DNA of 64,000 bases, from the NCBI GenBank assembly GCA_965208835.1, contig OZ242358.1, forward strand, positions 928,001 to 992,000, given 5' to 3'. This document shows positions 38,738-47,454 of this stretch, piece after piece. The notes beneath the pieces were generated by a model. That model made no database searches. It saw only the letters and a list, made by a program, of their open reading frames with translations, and was not told the DNA's origin. The position numbers were made by a program, and so were the translations under genes. This DNA comes from Candidatus Latescibacterota bacterium. Lineage in GTDB: Bacteria > Latescibacterota > UBA2968 > GCA-2709665. Within the stretch, counting starts at the first letter, position 1, and each line of letters starts with the position of its first letter.

Positions 38738-41700
38738 TCAAGAAAGCGAATCTCCCTCATCAGCCTCTGACTTGGGCATCAACGAGGAGAGCCGCAGCTT
38801 GACACGCATTGTGGTACCCTTGCCGTTACCGGCACTTATCGGGTTAATCTGCCCGCCGGAACCGATTATGAAATTCGCGATGGAGTGAAGACCCAGCCCG
38901 CTCCCCACCTCTTTCGTCGTGTATCCTGCCGCGAAGATGATCTTCAGTCGCTTTTCTTCTATGCCGATGCCGTTGTCAATCACATCGATGACAAGGTAAT
39001 CGTCCTGAATGTAGGACCGGATATGAATGCGGGGTTTCGCCTGGAGTCCGCCCGTTCTCTCGAGTTCGTCGATGGCTTCAATGGCGTTCTTGACGAGATT
39101 GACCAGCATCTGATGAAACTTGCTCTCCTGGATTCGAATCTCGTCCGGCGCATTCCCGCAGTCGACTTCGACCTGAACGCTTCTCTTATTGAGTGAGTCC
39201 TGTAGCAACGTGGTGGCGTCCGAGATGGCCTTGAGAAGGTCGACGTCTTTGCGCGCGAGGGCTCCCGTATCGAGTGCGCGTTGGGTTCGGATGATATCGA
39301 CGATATGCGCAGCACGGCTTTCTACACGTCCGACCGTCTGAACGAGCTGTTCATTCTGCGTGGCAAAGTCCCGGGCGAGGCCGAGAATGAACGGGAACAC
39401 CTTCTGACCCTGCGGGTCTGATTTCAAATAAGAGATCCAGTCGTCCCGATGTTCCTCTATCGCCGCCGCAAGCGCAGATATGCGATGAACGAGCTCGTTT
39501 CCCGACAACTCCCCTTGAATCGTCCCCAGACCTGTGGCGACGCTATTGATGGCGTTTCCGATGTTGTGGAGGATCGTATCCACAATTTCCAGCCTTCCCT
39601 GCGCGAACGCCTGAGAAAGGGCTTCTTCCGCGAGTATGCGCTCGGTGACGTCCCTGAATACGATCACGCCGCCCTTGGCGATACCCGACTCGTCGTGAAG
39701 GGGTCTCCCGCTGACGCTGATGTAGACGCCTTCCGGCACGCTCGGATTGCGGATGAACATCTCCACCTCATCGCATGGTTCGCCCTGGATGGCGCGGACG
39801 AGCGGAAGTTCGTCCATCGGATAGGGAGTCTCCCTGTCGGAAAAGAAAATACCGTACTGGTCCGTCCATTGATCGGGGGCCGTTTCCGTCATGCCGATTC
39901 CGACCATCCGCTCCGCACTTGGATTGAAGATCGTGAAGTTCCCGTTTTCGTCGGCCACGACCACGCCGTCGCTGATGCTGTTGAATATCGTTTCCATCGC
40001 CTGGGTCTGCGTCCGCAGATTTTCGGCCGTTTTCTGGAGATCGCTCTCCGCCGTCTTCAGCCTGGTTACATCCCGCAAGGTAATCACGCCGCCCCTGATC
40101 CTGTGTGAATCGTCCCGCAGGGGTCTCCCGTTTACGCTGATGTATACACCGTCCGGCCTTTCCCTGTTGCGGACGAACAGTTCGACGTTGTCCGTTGACT
40201 CGCCCTGAACCGCGCGGGTGAGCGGTAGCTTTTCCGTTGGAAACAGCGTTTCCGAGTCCGGATGGAAGAGGCCATATATGTGGGACCGTCTCGAAAAGTC
40301 GGCGTCCGGAATCTGCAATCCGAGGATGTTTCTCGCGCCCGGACTGAAAATCAGGTAGTCTCCCGCCTCGTCGACGACGATGACACCGTCGCTGATGCTG
40401 TTGAAGACCGTTTCCATGAGATGGGTCTGCTCCTGAAGGTCGCGGACGGTTGTCTTCAGCTTCGACTCGGTCGACTTCTGAACGGTGACGTCCCGCAGTA
40501 CGATGACGCCGCCCTCGATCTCGCCGGAATCGTCCTGAAGCGGGCGGCCGCTTACGCTGATGTATACACCGTCCGGTCTTTCCTGATTGCGGATGAACAA
40601 CTCGACGTCATCGGTTACTTCGCCATGCATGGCGCGGACGAGCGGAAGTTCGTCGGATGGAACGGGTGTTTTCTGATCCGGATAGAACGTTCCGTATTCC
40701 TTTGACCATTGATCGGTCGGGCTATCCGTCGGTCCCATGCCCACGATTTCTCTCGCGCTGGGATTGACGAAGAGGAACTCTCCTTCCTTGCCTGTCACCA
40801 CGATACCGTCGCTGACGCTTCTGAAAACCGTTTCCATGAGCAGGGCCTGCCTCTTCAGCTCGCTGATGGTTTCCAACAGTTTTGCTTCCTGCTCTTTGTG
40901 CCTTGTTATGTCGCTGAAAACGACCACAGCAGCTTTGACTTTTCCACCGGTACCGTTGGCGCCCCGTATAAACCGTCCCCTGGCGCTGACGTAGGTACCT
41001 CCCGGCTTTTTATCGTTGCGCACGAAGTATTCGAGATCGTCCGTATTTTCTCCCTTCAGAGCGCGTACAAGGGGCAGTTGTTCAGTTGGAACGGGAGTTT
41101 CCATATCGAGATAAAACGCGCCGTATGTGTCGGACCATTCATCGGGCGTTGCATCCATCTGACCCTTGCCGAGAATGCGCTCCGCACTGGGGTTGAACAG
41201 GAGCAGTTTACCCTCCGCATCGGCGACCACCACGCCCTCATCCATATTGTCGAAGACGGTTTTCATGAGCTGGCTCCGGTCGTGCAGTTCGGAGACCGTC
41301 TGTTCCAGACGGGCTTCGGTTTCAGTGATCTGTTCCAGGGCGCTCTCCAGTTGTTGCCGCTCGCTTTCGAGCTGTTCGTTGTTGGCCAGGAGGTGGTCAT
41401 ACAGACGTTGGCTGGAAAATTCGTGGCCCCACGCTATGATTGAAACGAAGACAAACCCGACGAGGAACCTGATAACTTGCTCGGTTTCGTAGGCGAACGT
41501 GCCGGCCAGCCCCGGCGCCAGCAACAACACGGCCGCTACCAGAGAGAAGAAACCTGTCAGAATTCCGCCTTCGCGTCTGCCAAGGAAAAAGAAAAACAGC
41601 AAGGGCATCAGGATGTGAAAATAGAGGAAGTTATGTGTGAAAGCGGAAAGCCAAAGCAGCCCGATCCCGACTCCCAACAGGACGACGCGATAGGATTTTC

Positions 41701-41896
41701 GAGCTTCCGCGCCCAGCAGGAGTCCGGCCAGGCCGCCAGCCACGAGCAACGTTATGACACTGTGGGTCCACATCGCCAGTAACTCACCGCTCAGGTAGTT
41801 GCGAACTGTATAGCCGACAAGGACCATCAAACCGACCGTGCAGGCGACAACGAAAACCTGTTTCCTGTGTCGGGCTTGCGCGTTCCTGGAATCCAT
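38738..41896 (-). CDS. Membrane sensor histidine kinase with four tandem PAS domains
   Basis: About 6 N-terminal hydrophobic segments, coiled coil, four homologous PAS repeats, H-box ILHNIGNAINS, NLVKNA, DNGIG, GSGLGL. ATG 41896 chosen (track starts at 41968). Confidence 0.92.
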   Translation of the reverse strand: MDSRNAQARHRKQVFVVACTVGLMVLVGYTVRNYLSGELLAMWTHSVITLLVAGGLAGLLLGAEARKSYRVVLLGVGIGLLWLSAFTHNFLYFHILMPLLFFFFLGRREGGILTGFFSLVAAVLLLAPGLAGTFAYETEQVIRFLVGFVFVSIIAWGHEFSSQRLYDHLLANNEQLESERQQLESALEQITETEARLEQTVSELHDRSQLMKTVFDNMDEGVVVADAEGKLLLFNPSAERILGKGQMDATPDEWSDTYGAFYLDMETPVPTEQLPLVRALKGENTDDLEYFVRNDKKPGGTYVSARGRFIRGANGTGGKVKAAVVVFSDITRHKEQEAKLLETISELKRQALLMETVFRSVSDGIVVTGKEGEFLFVNPSAREIVGMGPTDSPTDQWSKEYGTFYPDQKTPVPSDELPLVRAMHGEVTDDVELFIRNQERPDGVYISVSGRPLQDDSGEIEGGVIVLRDVTVQKSTESKLKTTVRDLQEQTHLMETVFNSISDGVIVVDEAGDYLIFSPGARNILGLQIPDADFSRRSHIYGLFHPDSETLFPTEKLPLTRAVQGESTDNVELFVRNRERPDGVYISVNGRPLRDDSHRIRGGVITLRDVTRLKTAESDLQKTAENLRTQTQAMETIFNSISDGVVVADENGNFTIFNPSAERMVGIGMTETAPDQWTDQYGIFFSDRETPYPMDELPLVRAIQGEPCDEVEMFIRNPSVPEGVYISVSGRPLHDESGIAKGGVIVFRDVTERILAEEALSQAFAQGRLEIVDTILHNIGNAINSVATGLGTIQGELSGNELVHRISALAAAIEEHRDDWISYLKSDPQGQKVFPFILGLARDFATQNEQLVQTVGRVESRAAHIVDIIRTQRALDTGALARKDVDLLKAISDATTLLQDSLNKRSVQVEVDCGNAPDEIRIQESKFHQMLVNLVKNAIEAIDELERTGGLQAKPRIHIRSYIQDDYLVIDVIDNGIGIEEKRLKIIFAAGYTTKEVGSGLGLHSIANFIIGSGGQINPISAGNGKGTTMRVKLRLSSLMPKSEADEGDSLS

Positions 41897-42091
41897 TTTC
41901 AACTTCCTCCGCGGTCCGGCTTGCGCGGGACCATAGTCCTGTTTCCTGAATCTCCCGCCAGTTGGCAAACTGTCTCCGGGACAGCACCCCGGATCTCATG
42001 AAACCGGTATTTCCGGTCGATCCCCATCCAGCGGGTTTCACGACGGCTTGGTTGGAGACTTCCACGAGTCGTTCAATTGCAAGGTGATAAC

Positions 42092-42156
42092 TTAACGATT
42101 CTTTGTCGAATTATTGTTGAATTATTGAACCTTTCTGATGATTTATTGATGAATTT
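42092..42156. promoter_or_regulatory. Phased 11-bp direct-repeat operator array, copy C
   Basis: TTAACGATTCT TTGTCGAATTA TTGTTGAATTA TTGAACCTTT CTGATGATTTA TTGATGAATTT. Confidence 0.7.
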
Positions 42157-42279
42157 TGGCCGAATCTGCACCGCCGGGGCCCAAACCTGCGAAATACAGG
42201 TTGAAACAGCCTCAGGAGATCGACGGCTTCGCCAATACAAGGTGAAGAGGCAGGAGTGCGGGAGCACGGGGTGGAGCGC

Positions 42280-42420
42280 ACGTAACTGACCGGCGGAATC
42301 AAGAAAGATGACAGGCTGCCTGGCGGCCTTTCCATATCGCACGACGGGTGCGGTGGATCAAGGGTCCTGCTGAATGGAGGTGAGGACAGGTGGGTGGGAT
42401 AAGACGATGAGGGTCCCGTG
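42280..42420 (+). pseudogene. Decayed 5' remnant of a hybrid-regulator gene (paralog of 10306..12693)
   Basis: ACG TAA CTG ACC GGC GGA ATC..., compared with intact ATG CAA CTC... and relic D ATG CAA CTG ACC GAC GGA ATT; exactly 188 bp after the start of box C. End approximate. Confidence 0.5.
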
Positions 42421-42451
42421 ACGGTGCGCCGGCGTATGCCGCCGGATCAAG

Positions 42452-42622
42452 CTACGGACGTTGTCCGATTCCTTGAATAAACACCCACAGAACTCTCCAT
42501 CCATGTTCTCTGCATGGTGGAAAGCGTTGTCCCTTTTCAAGGATGACTCGATCCTTGCAGGGGCATAGGCCGAACGCTCTGTAAATCCCCGTTGTCTGGC
42601 AGATTTGTCCGGTTTTTGACAT
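42452..42622 (-). CDS. 56-aa Cys/His small protein, YjzC-like (copy 2; not in the ORF track)
   Basis: MSKTGQICQTTGIYRAFGLCPCKDRVILEKGQRFPPCREHGWRVLWVFIQGIGQRP; 40/56 identical to copy 1, same length, with synonymous and conservative changes. Confidence 0.75.
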   Translation of the reverse strand: MSKTGQICQTTGIYRAFGLCPCKDRVILEKGQRFPPCREHGWRVLWVFIQGIGQRP

Positions 42623-42944
42623 CCTTAACAAGCAAAAGGGAACGGCAGGTCAACGGTTGATTTTGAGGTGGCCTTCATAAACGCGGTTGCCCTACCGCGT
42701 GGATTGATGTATCGCAGCGGCCTGGTAGCGATATGATTCCGTGTACCGGAGTTAAAGTCCCGGCGTAGCCTGCTTGTCGCCGATTCGACTGGACGGTACT
42801 GTCATAGACTCCTTCTGACCATTCATGCAGGTCCAGCGTCCGCTCGACGGAGTCAACATTGGTTTCGGTGTAACCGACCTTTCTTGCTGCTTTTAGGGCA
42901 AGACCGCGCCCTTCCCGACTATACCTGGCACTGCTGGCCGAAAT

Positions 42945-43127
42945 CTACAATTCCTCCCCCGGCCCCTCCGCCCAATCTTCGTACTTTGATCGCTTTGTCT
43001 TATGCCTGTCACATATCCGGTTCTCAGGTCCGGTACTCTTAAACATCCTCCCGCAGCTCAGGCACTTTCGCATCTTGCGTTTGCCGCCGTCAATGAAATC
43101 TCTGCCGCGCCAGGTCGGACGGTTCAT
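42945..43127 (-). CDS. 60-aa zinc-ribbon-like small protein
   Basis: RKCLSCGRMFKSTGPENRICDRH (CxxC...CxxH); first gene downstream of box D. Confidence 0.7.
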   Translation of the reverse strand: MNRPTWRGRDFIDGGKRKMRKCLSCGRMFKSTGPENRICDRHKTKRSKYEDWAEGPGEEL

Positions 43128-43220
43128 AGCGAGGGTTCCTGAAAAAAGCTGACGATGTGTTGACGCGGCAATCGGCTCGTTCAGCGCTCGGTTTTACGTG
43201 CTTGTCAAGGCTACGCCAAT

Positions 43221-43285
43221 TTAACGATTCTTTGTTGAATCAGTGTTGAAATCTTGGACGTTTTTGATGATTTATCGATGAATTC
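43221..43285. promoter_or_regulatory. Phased 11-bp direct-repeat operator array, copy D
   Basis: TTAACGATTCT TTGTTGAATCA GTGTTGAAATC TTGGACGTTT TTGATGATTTA TCGATGAATTC. Confidence 0.7.
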
Positions 43286-43407
43286 TTGGGTATTTTACCA
43301 AAGTCAGGCTCCCAATCCGCGAGCTGCACGTTGATTTGGCGGGGGGCGTCTTGCATCATCGACGATTCAGGCAGAACGGAAGGGAATACGGGGAATGGAA
43401 GTCCCGC

Positions 43408-43670
43408 ATGCAACTGACCGACGGAATTCCGGCAGGGTACAGACCGTTTGGAGGCAATTCTGCAATCGGACGACGGGCGGGCTCACTGTACCCATAGAGC
43501 GCTGACGCACTGATCGCCAACGACTGTGCGAAGGCGGAGGGACGCCCACGCGGTCACGCGGCTGCATCGCATCGCCGTGGACCGCGCTCGCTGAAGAGCT
43601 GGCGATGACTTCAGGCTGGCGCTGGAAGGACTTAAAGATGAAAGGGGCGGGATAAGACGATGAGGGTTGT
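43408..43670 (+). pseudogene. Decayed 5' remnant of a hybrid-regulator gene
   Basis: ATGCAACTGACCGACGGAATTCCGGCAGGGTACAGA vs intact ATGCAACTCGCTGAGAAGCTTCAGACAGAGAACAGA; 187 bp after box D; early stop codon. End approximate. Confidence 0.55.
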
Positions 43671-43676
43671 GTAAAG

Positions 43677-43704
43677 GCGGGACAGACGTTTATGTCTGTC
43701 CCGC
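43677..43704. repeat. 11-bp hairpin (REP-like or terminator)
   Basis: GCGGGACAGAC-GTTTAT-GTCTGTCCCGC; a related element GCGGGCAGACAGGAATGTCCGCCCCAC lies at 8921-8947. Confidence 0.55.
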
Positions 43705-43836
43705 ATTAATGCGCTTCCTGACATTCTGGACGATACTGACGGAGCGTGTCATTCTGTATTCTCCTCATTTCGTGGCAGCCCGTTTTTGATTTTTCTTCCC
43801 TCTTCCATATCCCCGTCTCTTCGGTTACTCTTCCTT

Positions 43837-44745
43837 CTACCTCTTCCTCTTTCCCTCCATCCCTACCACCGGAAACGACTCCGTGAATTTCTGAAACTCC
43901 ATCCACGCATGGTCCGCCGCGTACCCGTTCGGAACCGCATCGGTCTTTTCGCAACGTTTGTAGACCACGCGGACGTGAAGCGAGACCGGTTCGTCTATCT
44001 CTAGTCCGCACGTCTCCCACGCGAAATCCCACGCCGGGTTGCTCTGCCCCGGCAGCAGGGATTGCCCCGCGCCCGAAGGCGAGATGAAGAACCGGAAGCC
44101 TGGATAATCGTCAGCCATAATCTGGAACATCATCCCGCGGATCATCCCGAAATAGAACGGATAATCGAAGGTACGACCGGAATCCGAGTGGCTGAAGTTT
44201 CTCCGCCCGTCAAGTGACGCCGTGGCCGGCTCCTGTCCCCAGGGTTCCCGTTCGGCCGCGTCCAGACCGGTCGGGAAAACCATCGCGCCCTGCCCGTGGA
44301 CCGGATTGAAGTAGTGCGTCCACAGGCCCCTTTCGATAAAGTGAATGCCCTTTTCCGCCGGCGAGTTTACGTAACAGCACCAGCTGAATGACGCGCGATC
44401 CTGCGGCCGGTGCCCGGAGCGGGCGGTCGCCGTCATCTCATAGTCGATGTAGTGCGGCGCGACGAGGCGATAGATCCCCCGCGTTTCCACATAGTTGCTC
44501 GCCTCGCCCGCTTCCTTGTACAACTCGACCGACGATTCGCCTAACCGCCGAACCGAAGGCCGGGTACCCCTGTGGTGACCGAAAAGTAGAATCCCGTTGC
44601 CCTGAGACACGGCCGTATGCCTGTCTTTGATGGATGTCAGAAACCAGACGCCGCTGTGCTCGTGTCGTCCCGCGCCGTGGTCCGTATCGTCCCCCACAAC
44701 CGCCCGCAGCTCACCGGCTGATATGAAGTGACAATGTTCGCTCAC
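43837..44745 (-). CDS. Hypothetical protein (aromatic-rich, possibly a galactose-mutarotase-like beta-sandwich)
   Basis: 302-aa ORF with AAGGAG RBS; ISPSGAG...NPAWDF motif; the fold is a guess. Confidence 0.7.
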   Translation of the reverse strand: MSEHCHFISAGELRAVVGDDTDHGAGRHEHSGVWFLTSIKDRHTAVSQGNGILLFGHHRGTRPSVRRLGESSVELYKEAGEASNYVETRGIYRLVAPHYIDYEMTATARSGHRPQDRASFSWCCYVNSPAEKGIHFIERGLWTHYFNPVHGQGAMVFPTGLDAAEREPWGQEPATASLDGRRNFSHSDSGRTFDYPFYFGMIRGMMFQIMADDYPGFRFFISPSGAGQSLLPGQSNPAWDFAWETCGLEIDEPVSLHVRVVYKRCEKTDAVPNGYAADHAWMEFQKFTESFPVVGMEGKRKR

Positions 44746-44892
44746 GTCGTTCTCCTTGTTGGCGAAGGAAGGAAGAAGGAAGAGGAAAAGGCGGTTAAAG
44801 CGAGGCGCCGAATTTTTAAAATCGCTATTGCGCCTTTCGTTTCTGGATTACTCTCCCGTCTTACCGCTCAAAATTGGCGCCCTGGCAGAACC

Positions 44893-45112
44893 CTAAAACT
44901 CAAACGACACCGGGGCTCGCATACCTCTGTTCAGCGACCGCCAGGGCATGGTCCCTCTCGGACAGGGGTTTCCGCAGGCTAAGCATCGTGGTTTTCGTGT
45001 CACCGATCTTATCGGGCTCTCCGTCGGGGAGTTCTTCGGCGAACACGGACACGCTCGGCGCAAGGATATCCAAAAGCATGCTTGCAATAAGAAGAGGCGC
45101 GGTTGATTTCAT
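44893..45112 (-). pseudogene. Internally deleted relic of the 46267..47391 family
   Basis: Signal peptide MKSTAPLLIASMLL... in one frame; the family-like C-terminus NRGMRAPVSFEF* (cf. DKGLRAALSFNF*) in another frame. Confidence 0.6.
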
Positions 45113-45137
45113 GGAATCTCCGAGGTTGAGTCTGGCA

Positions 45138-46052
45138 TTAATGTGCCAAATGGAGGAAGATTATCGTGCTCCTTAGCAGTTCCGAAGTACGTGCTCGCTG
45201 ATCCCTGGAGACGATGACGGTCTCAATATCGTCAAATGTTATTTCAAGTTTTTGCCGGCGTCCAAATGAGTTCTTTCCGCCGACAAGGGATTGAATCACG
45301 ATTCTATCGGCATACCTGTCGACGATCCTTCCAGCTGCCCTTCGTCCTGCGCCGCCGGAAGTGTAGTCGACGTGAACAAACAACCCTTCCTCAAGCATCG
45401 AAGGATTCAGGTCCCAACGCGACATTTGGACGATGCTGCTTTCGTTCCACTTTTGCCACCGCTCCATGGCCTGCGGGGAATTGGCAGATGCGAGTGTGTC
45501 GATCTCAGCGGCCGCAATCTTCGCCGTCTCAGTCTGCTCGGTCCCGGATTCGACCCAAATGCCATCCGGCGCTACCTCCAGGACCTTTCCGAATGACGCC
45601 CTCTTGAGACCCCGCCACGTATAGGCCGCGTGCACATACGATCCGGATGCAAGCTTAGTCAGGTCGAGATCTTTGCGGGACATGACGGTGATCTTCTCCG
45701 CGGCCAGCCGGGCATTCAGCCACGATTCGAATGAAAGCCGGTTTTCCGCGACGGCCAGAATGTCAATTTCGCCGAACGCTATTTTTCGCGTTTTCGATGG
45801 CGCGGCCTCGGATTCGATAGTGATACCGTCCGGTTCGATTTGCACAATTCGGCCCCACGCGGACGCTTCGATTCCTTCCGCCTTGTAAGCGGCGTATGCG
45901 TACAAACCCATCTTGAGCGTCGTGGGGTCCACTTCTCCGCGCGACATTACCATTACACCCTTAACCTCGGGCTTCTGTGCGGCGTGCGAGACGGGCAGAG
46001 CGGCAATGCTCGTCAGGATGGCTGAGATCATTGTCGGGGCAGTTAACTTCAT
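45138..46052 (-). CDS. Secreted protein with three ~80-aa repeats; paralog of 46267..47391, probably C-terminally truncated
   Basis: Signal peptide; GAGGTG RBS; repeats VMSRxxLD...GxYVHxxY...GRI...IxFxxID; lacks the Gly-zipper and terminal-F region. Confidence 0.75.
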   Translation of the reverse strand: MKLTAPTMISAILTSIAALPVSHAAQKPEVKGVMVMSRGEVDPTTLKMGLYAYAAYKAEGIEASAWGRIVQIEPDGITIESEAAPSKTRKIAFGEIDILAVAENRLSFESWLNARLAAEKITVMSRKDLDLTKLASGSYVHAAYTWRGLKRASFGKVLEVAPDGIWVESGTEQTETAKIAAAEIDTLASANSPQAMERWQKWNESSIVQMSRWDLNPSMLEEGLFVHVDYTSGGAGRRAAGRIVDRYADRIVIQSLVGGKNSFGRRQKLEITFDDIETVIVSRDQRARTSELLRSTIIFLHLAH

Positions 46053-46266
46053 AGATCCACCTCGTTGAAATAACGTCCGTTCAGTCCGTCTCTACCAGGG
46101 TACAAAGAACGAGGGTCAATGGAAGAGGAAAACGCGGTTCTGTCGAGGCGCAGGACGCGGGAGTTCTCTCTCACTCCTTTCGTTCTGGACTTCCCCCGCG
46201 TCCTGCATCCCACGTCTTGCCGCCTTTCGCTTTTTTAGTGACTCGCCTCCGTCTCCCCGGCAGACG

Positions 46267-47391
46267 CTAAAAGTTGAACGACAGCGCGGCTCGAAGTCCT
46301 TTATCCCTTGTGGGCGCGATGCTCAGATTGATCCGCGAAGGAGAAACTTCGACCCATTTTTCATTAATTGTCCTGGCGCCGGCCAGGGTGCCTGAGACTG
46401 TCGCGAGAGGCACCACCAGTACGGCGTAGAAGAATCGGTCGGCGCGATCCCTCTCTCCAACTTCCCCTCTTCGATCGTCGTCAAATACATCATATGGATA
46501 TATCAGAAGTGCAGCGCCAAGTCCGGCAATAGCCCCTATGGCCATGCCCTTGATCGTGTTTCGATGACGACCCATGCTGACTTCCAGATCTTTGACTAAA
46601 GCACGGGGGACCCGTTCGGTACCGCGTTCGGACAGGATCTCAAGCGTGTCCTGGACGGAGCCTGCGAACCGTCCGATCATCCATTCCGGCGATATCGATG
46701 GCGCCTTCAGCCGGACCCTGGGACCCTGCAGTTCACGCATGGACTCTCTGGCTGTCCGCCAACGATTCATGTCGTCGCGTTTGCGGGTTACAATGAGTCG
46801 TTCGATTTCGTCTGAGCGGATCGTCCATGGGACTCCGGATCTCCTGTCGGGTTTGATTGCGATATGATTCGTGCCTTTGCGCACGATCACTCCCGTAGCT
46901 GAGCGGTCGATCCCGGTGGACCGGTAATCGACGTGTGCGTGCCATCCGATTCTCAGCTCTTCGAAATCGAGTTTTTCACCGGACAACACCGTCATCGAGG
47001 TCGCTTGTACCTGCAACATCTCACGCCTGGCCATTCGCCACAGTTCGATCGCTCCAGGGTTGTCGGAGACGGCGAGAACGGAAATATCGTCAAACGCGAC
47101 CTCCCACCCCGTCCCTCCACCCGCCGCGATGACGACACGTTCCGAATCGCAGGAGAAAATCCGGCCCATCGCCGCACTTTCGGCTTCATTCAAATTGAAT
47201 ACCACGTACGCATACAATCCGGGCGCCAGCTTATTCAAATCAAGTTCCGTGCCGGGCATTACCGTAACCGCCTTCGCATGGAGTCTCTGAATGGCCGCTT
47301 CCGCAGCCGAATCCGGGGCCGCTTGAACAACGGACGGGATAATCGCACTAAACACCATTGTCGCGGTAAGGACGAGTGCGGCAAACTTCAC
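46267..47391 (-). CDS. Secreted repeat protein with Gly-zipper-like hydrophobic hairpin and terminal aromatic beta-signal-like tail
   Basis: GTG start with GGAGG RBS; signal peptide; two copies of the same repeat; GMAIGAIAGLGA; ends GLRAALSFNF. Confidence 0.8.
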   Translation of the reverse strand: MKFAALVLTATMVFSAIIPSVVQAAPDSAAEAAIQRLHAKAVTVMPGTELDLNKLAPGLYAYVVFNLNEAESAAMGRIFSCDSERVVIAAGGGTGWEVAFDDISVLAVSDNPGAIELWRMARREMLQVQATSMTVLSGEKLDFEELRIGWHAHVDYRSTGIDRSATGVIVRKGTNHIAIKPDRRSGVPWTIRSDEIERLIVTRKRDDMNRWRTARESMRELQGPRVRLKAPSISPEWMIGRFAGSVQDTLEILSERGTERVPRALVKDLEVSMGRHRNTIKGMAIGAIAGLGAALLIYPYDVFDDDRRGEVGERDRADRFFYAVLVVPLATVSGTLAGARTINEKWVEVSPSRINLSIAPTRDKGLRAALSFNF

Positions 47392-47454
47392 GATCTTCCT
47401 CCAGTGTCTTTCGGGAAACGAACCGATGTACCGATCAATGAATTCTTACGATGC

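Noticed and set aside
43706-44032. 108-aa ORF overlapping the end of 43837..44745
   Set aside because: Alternative frame running through a low-complexity purine tract; no motif support.
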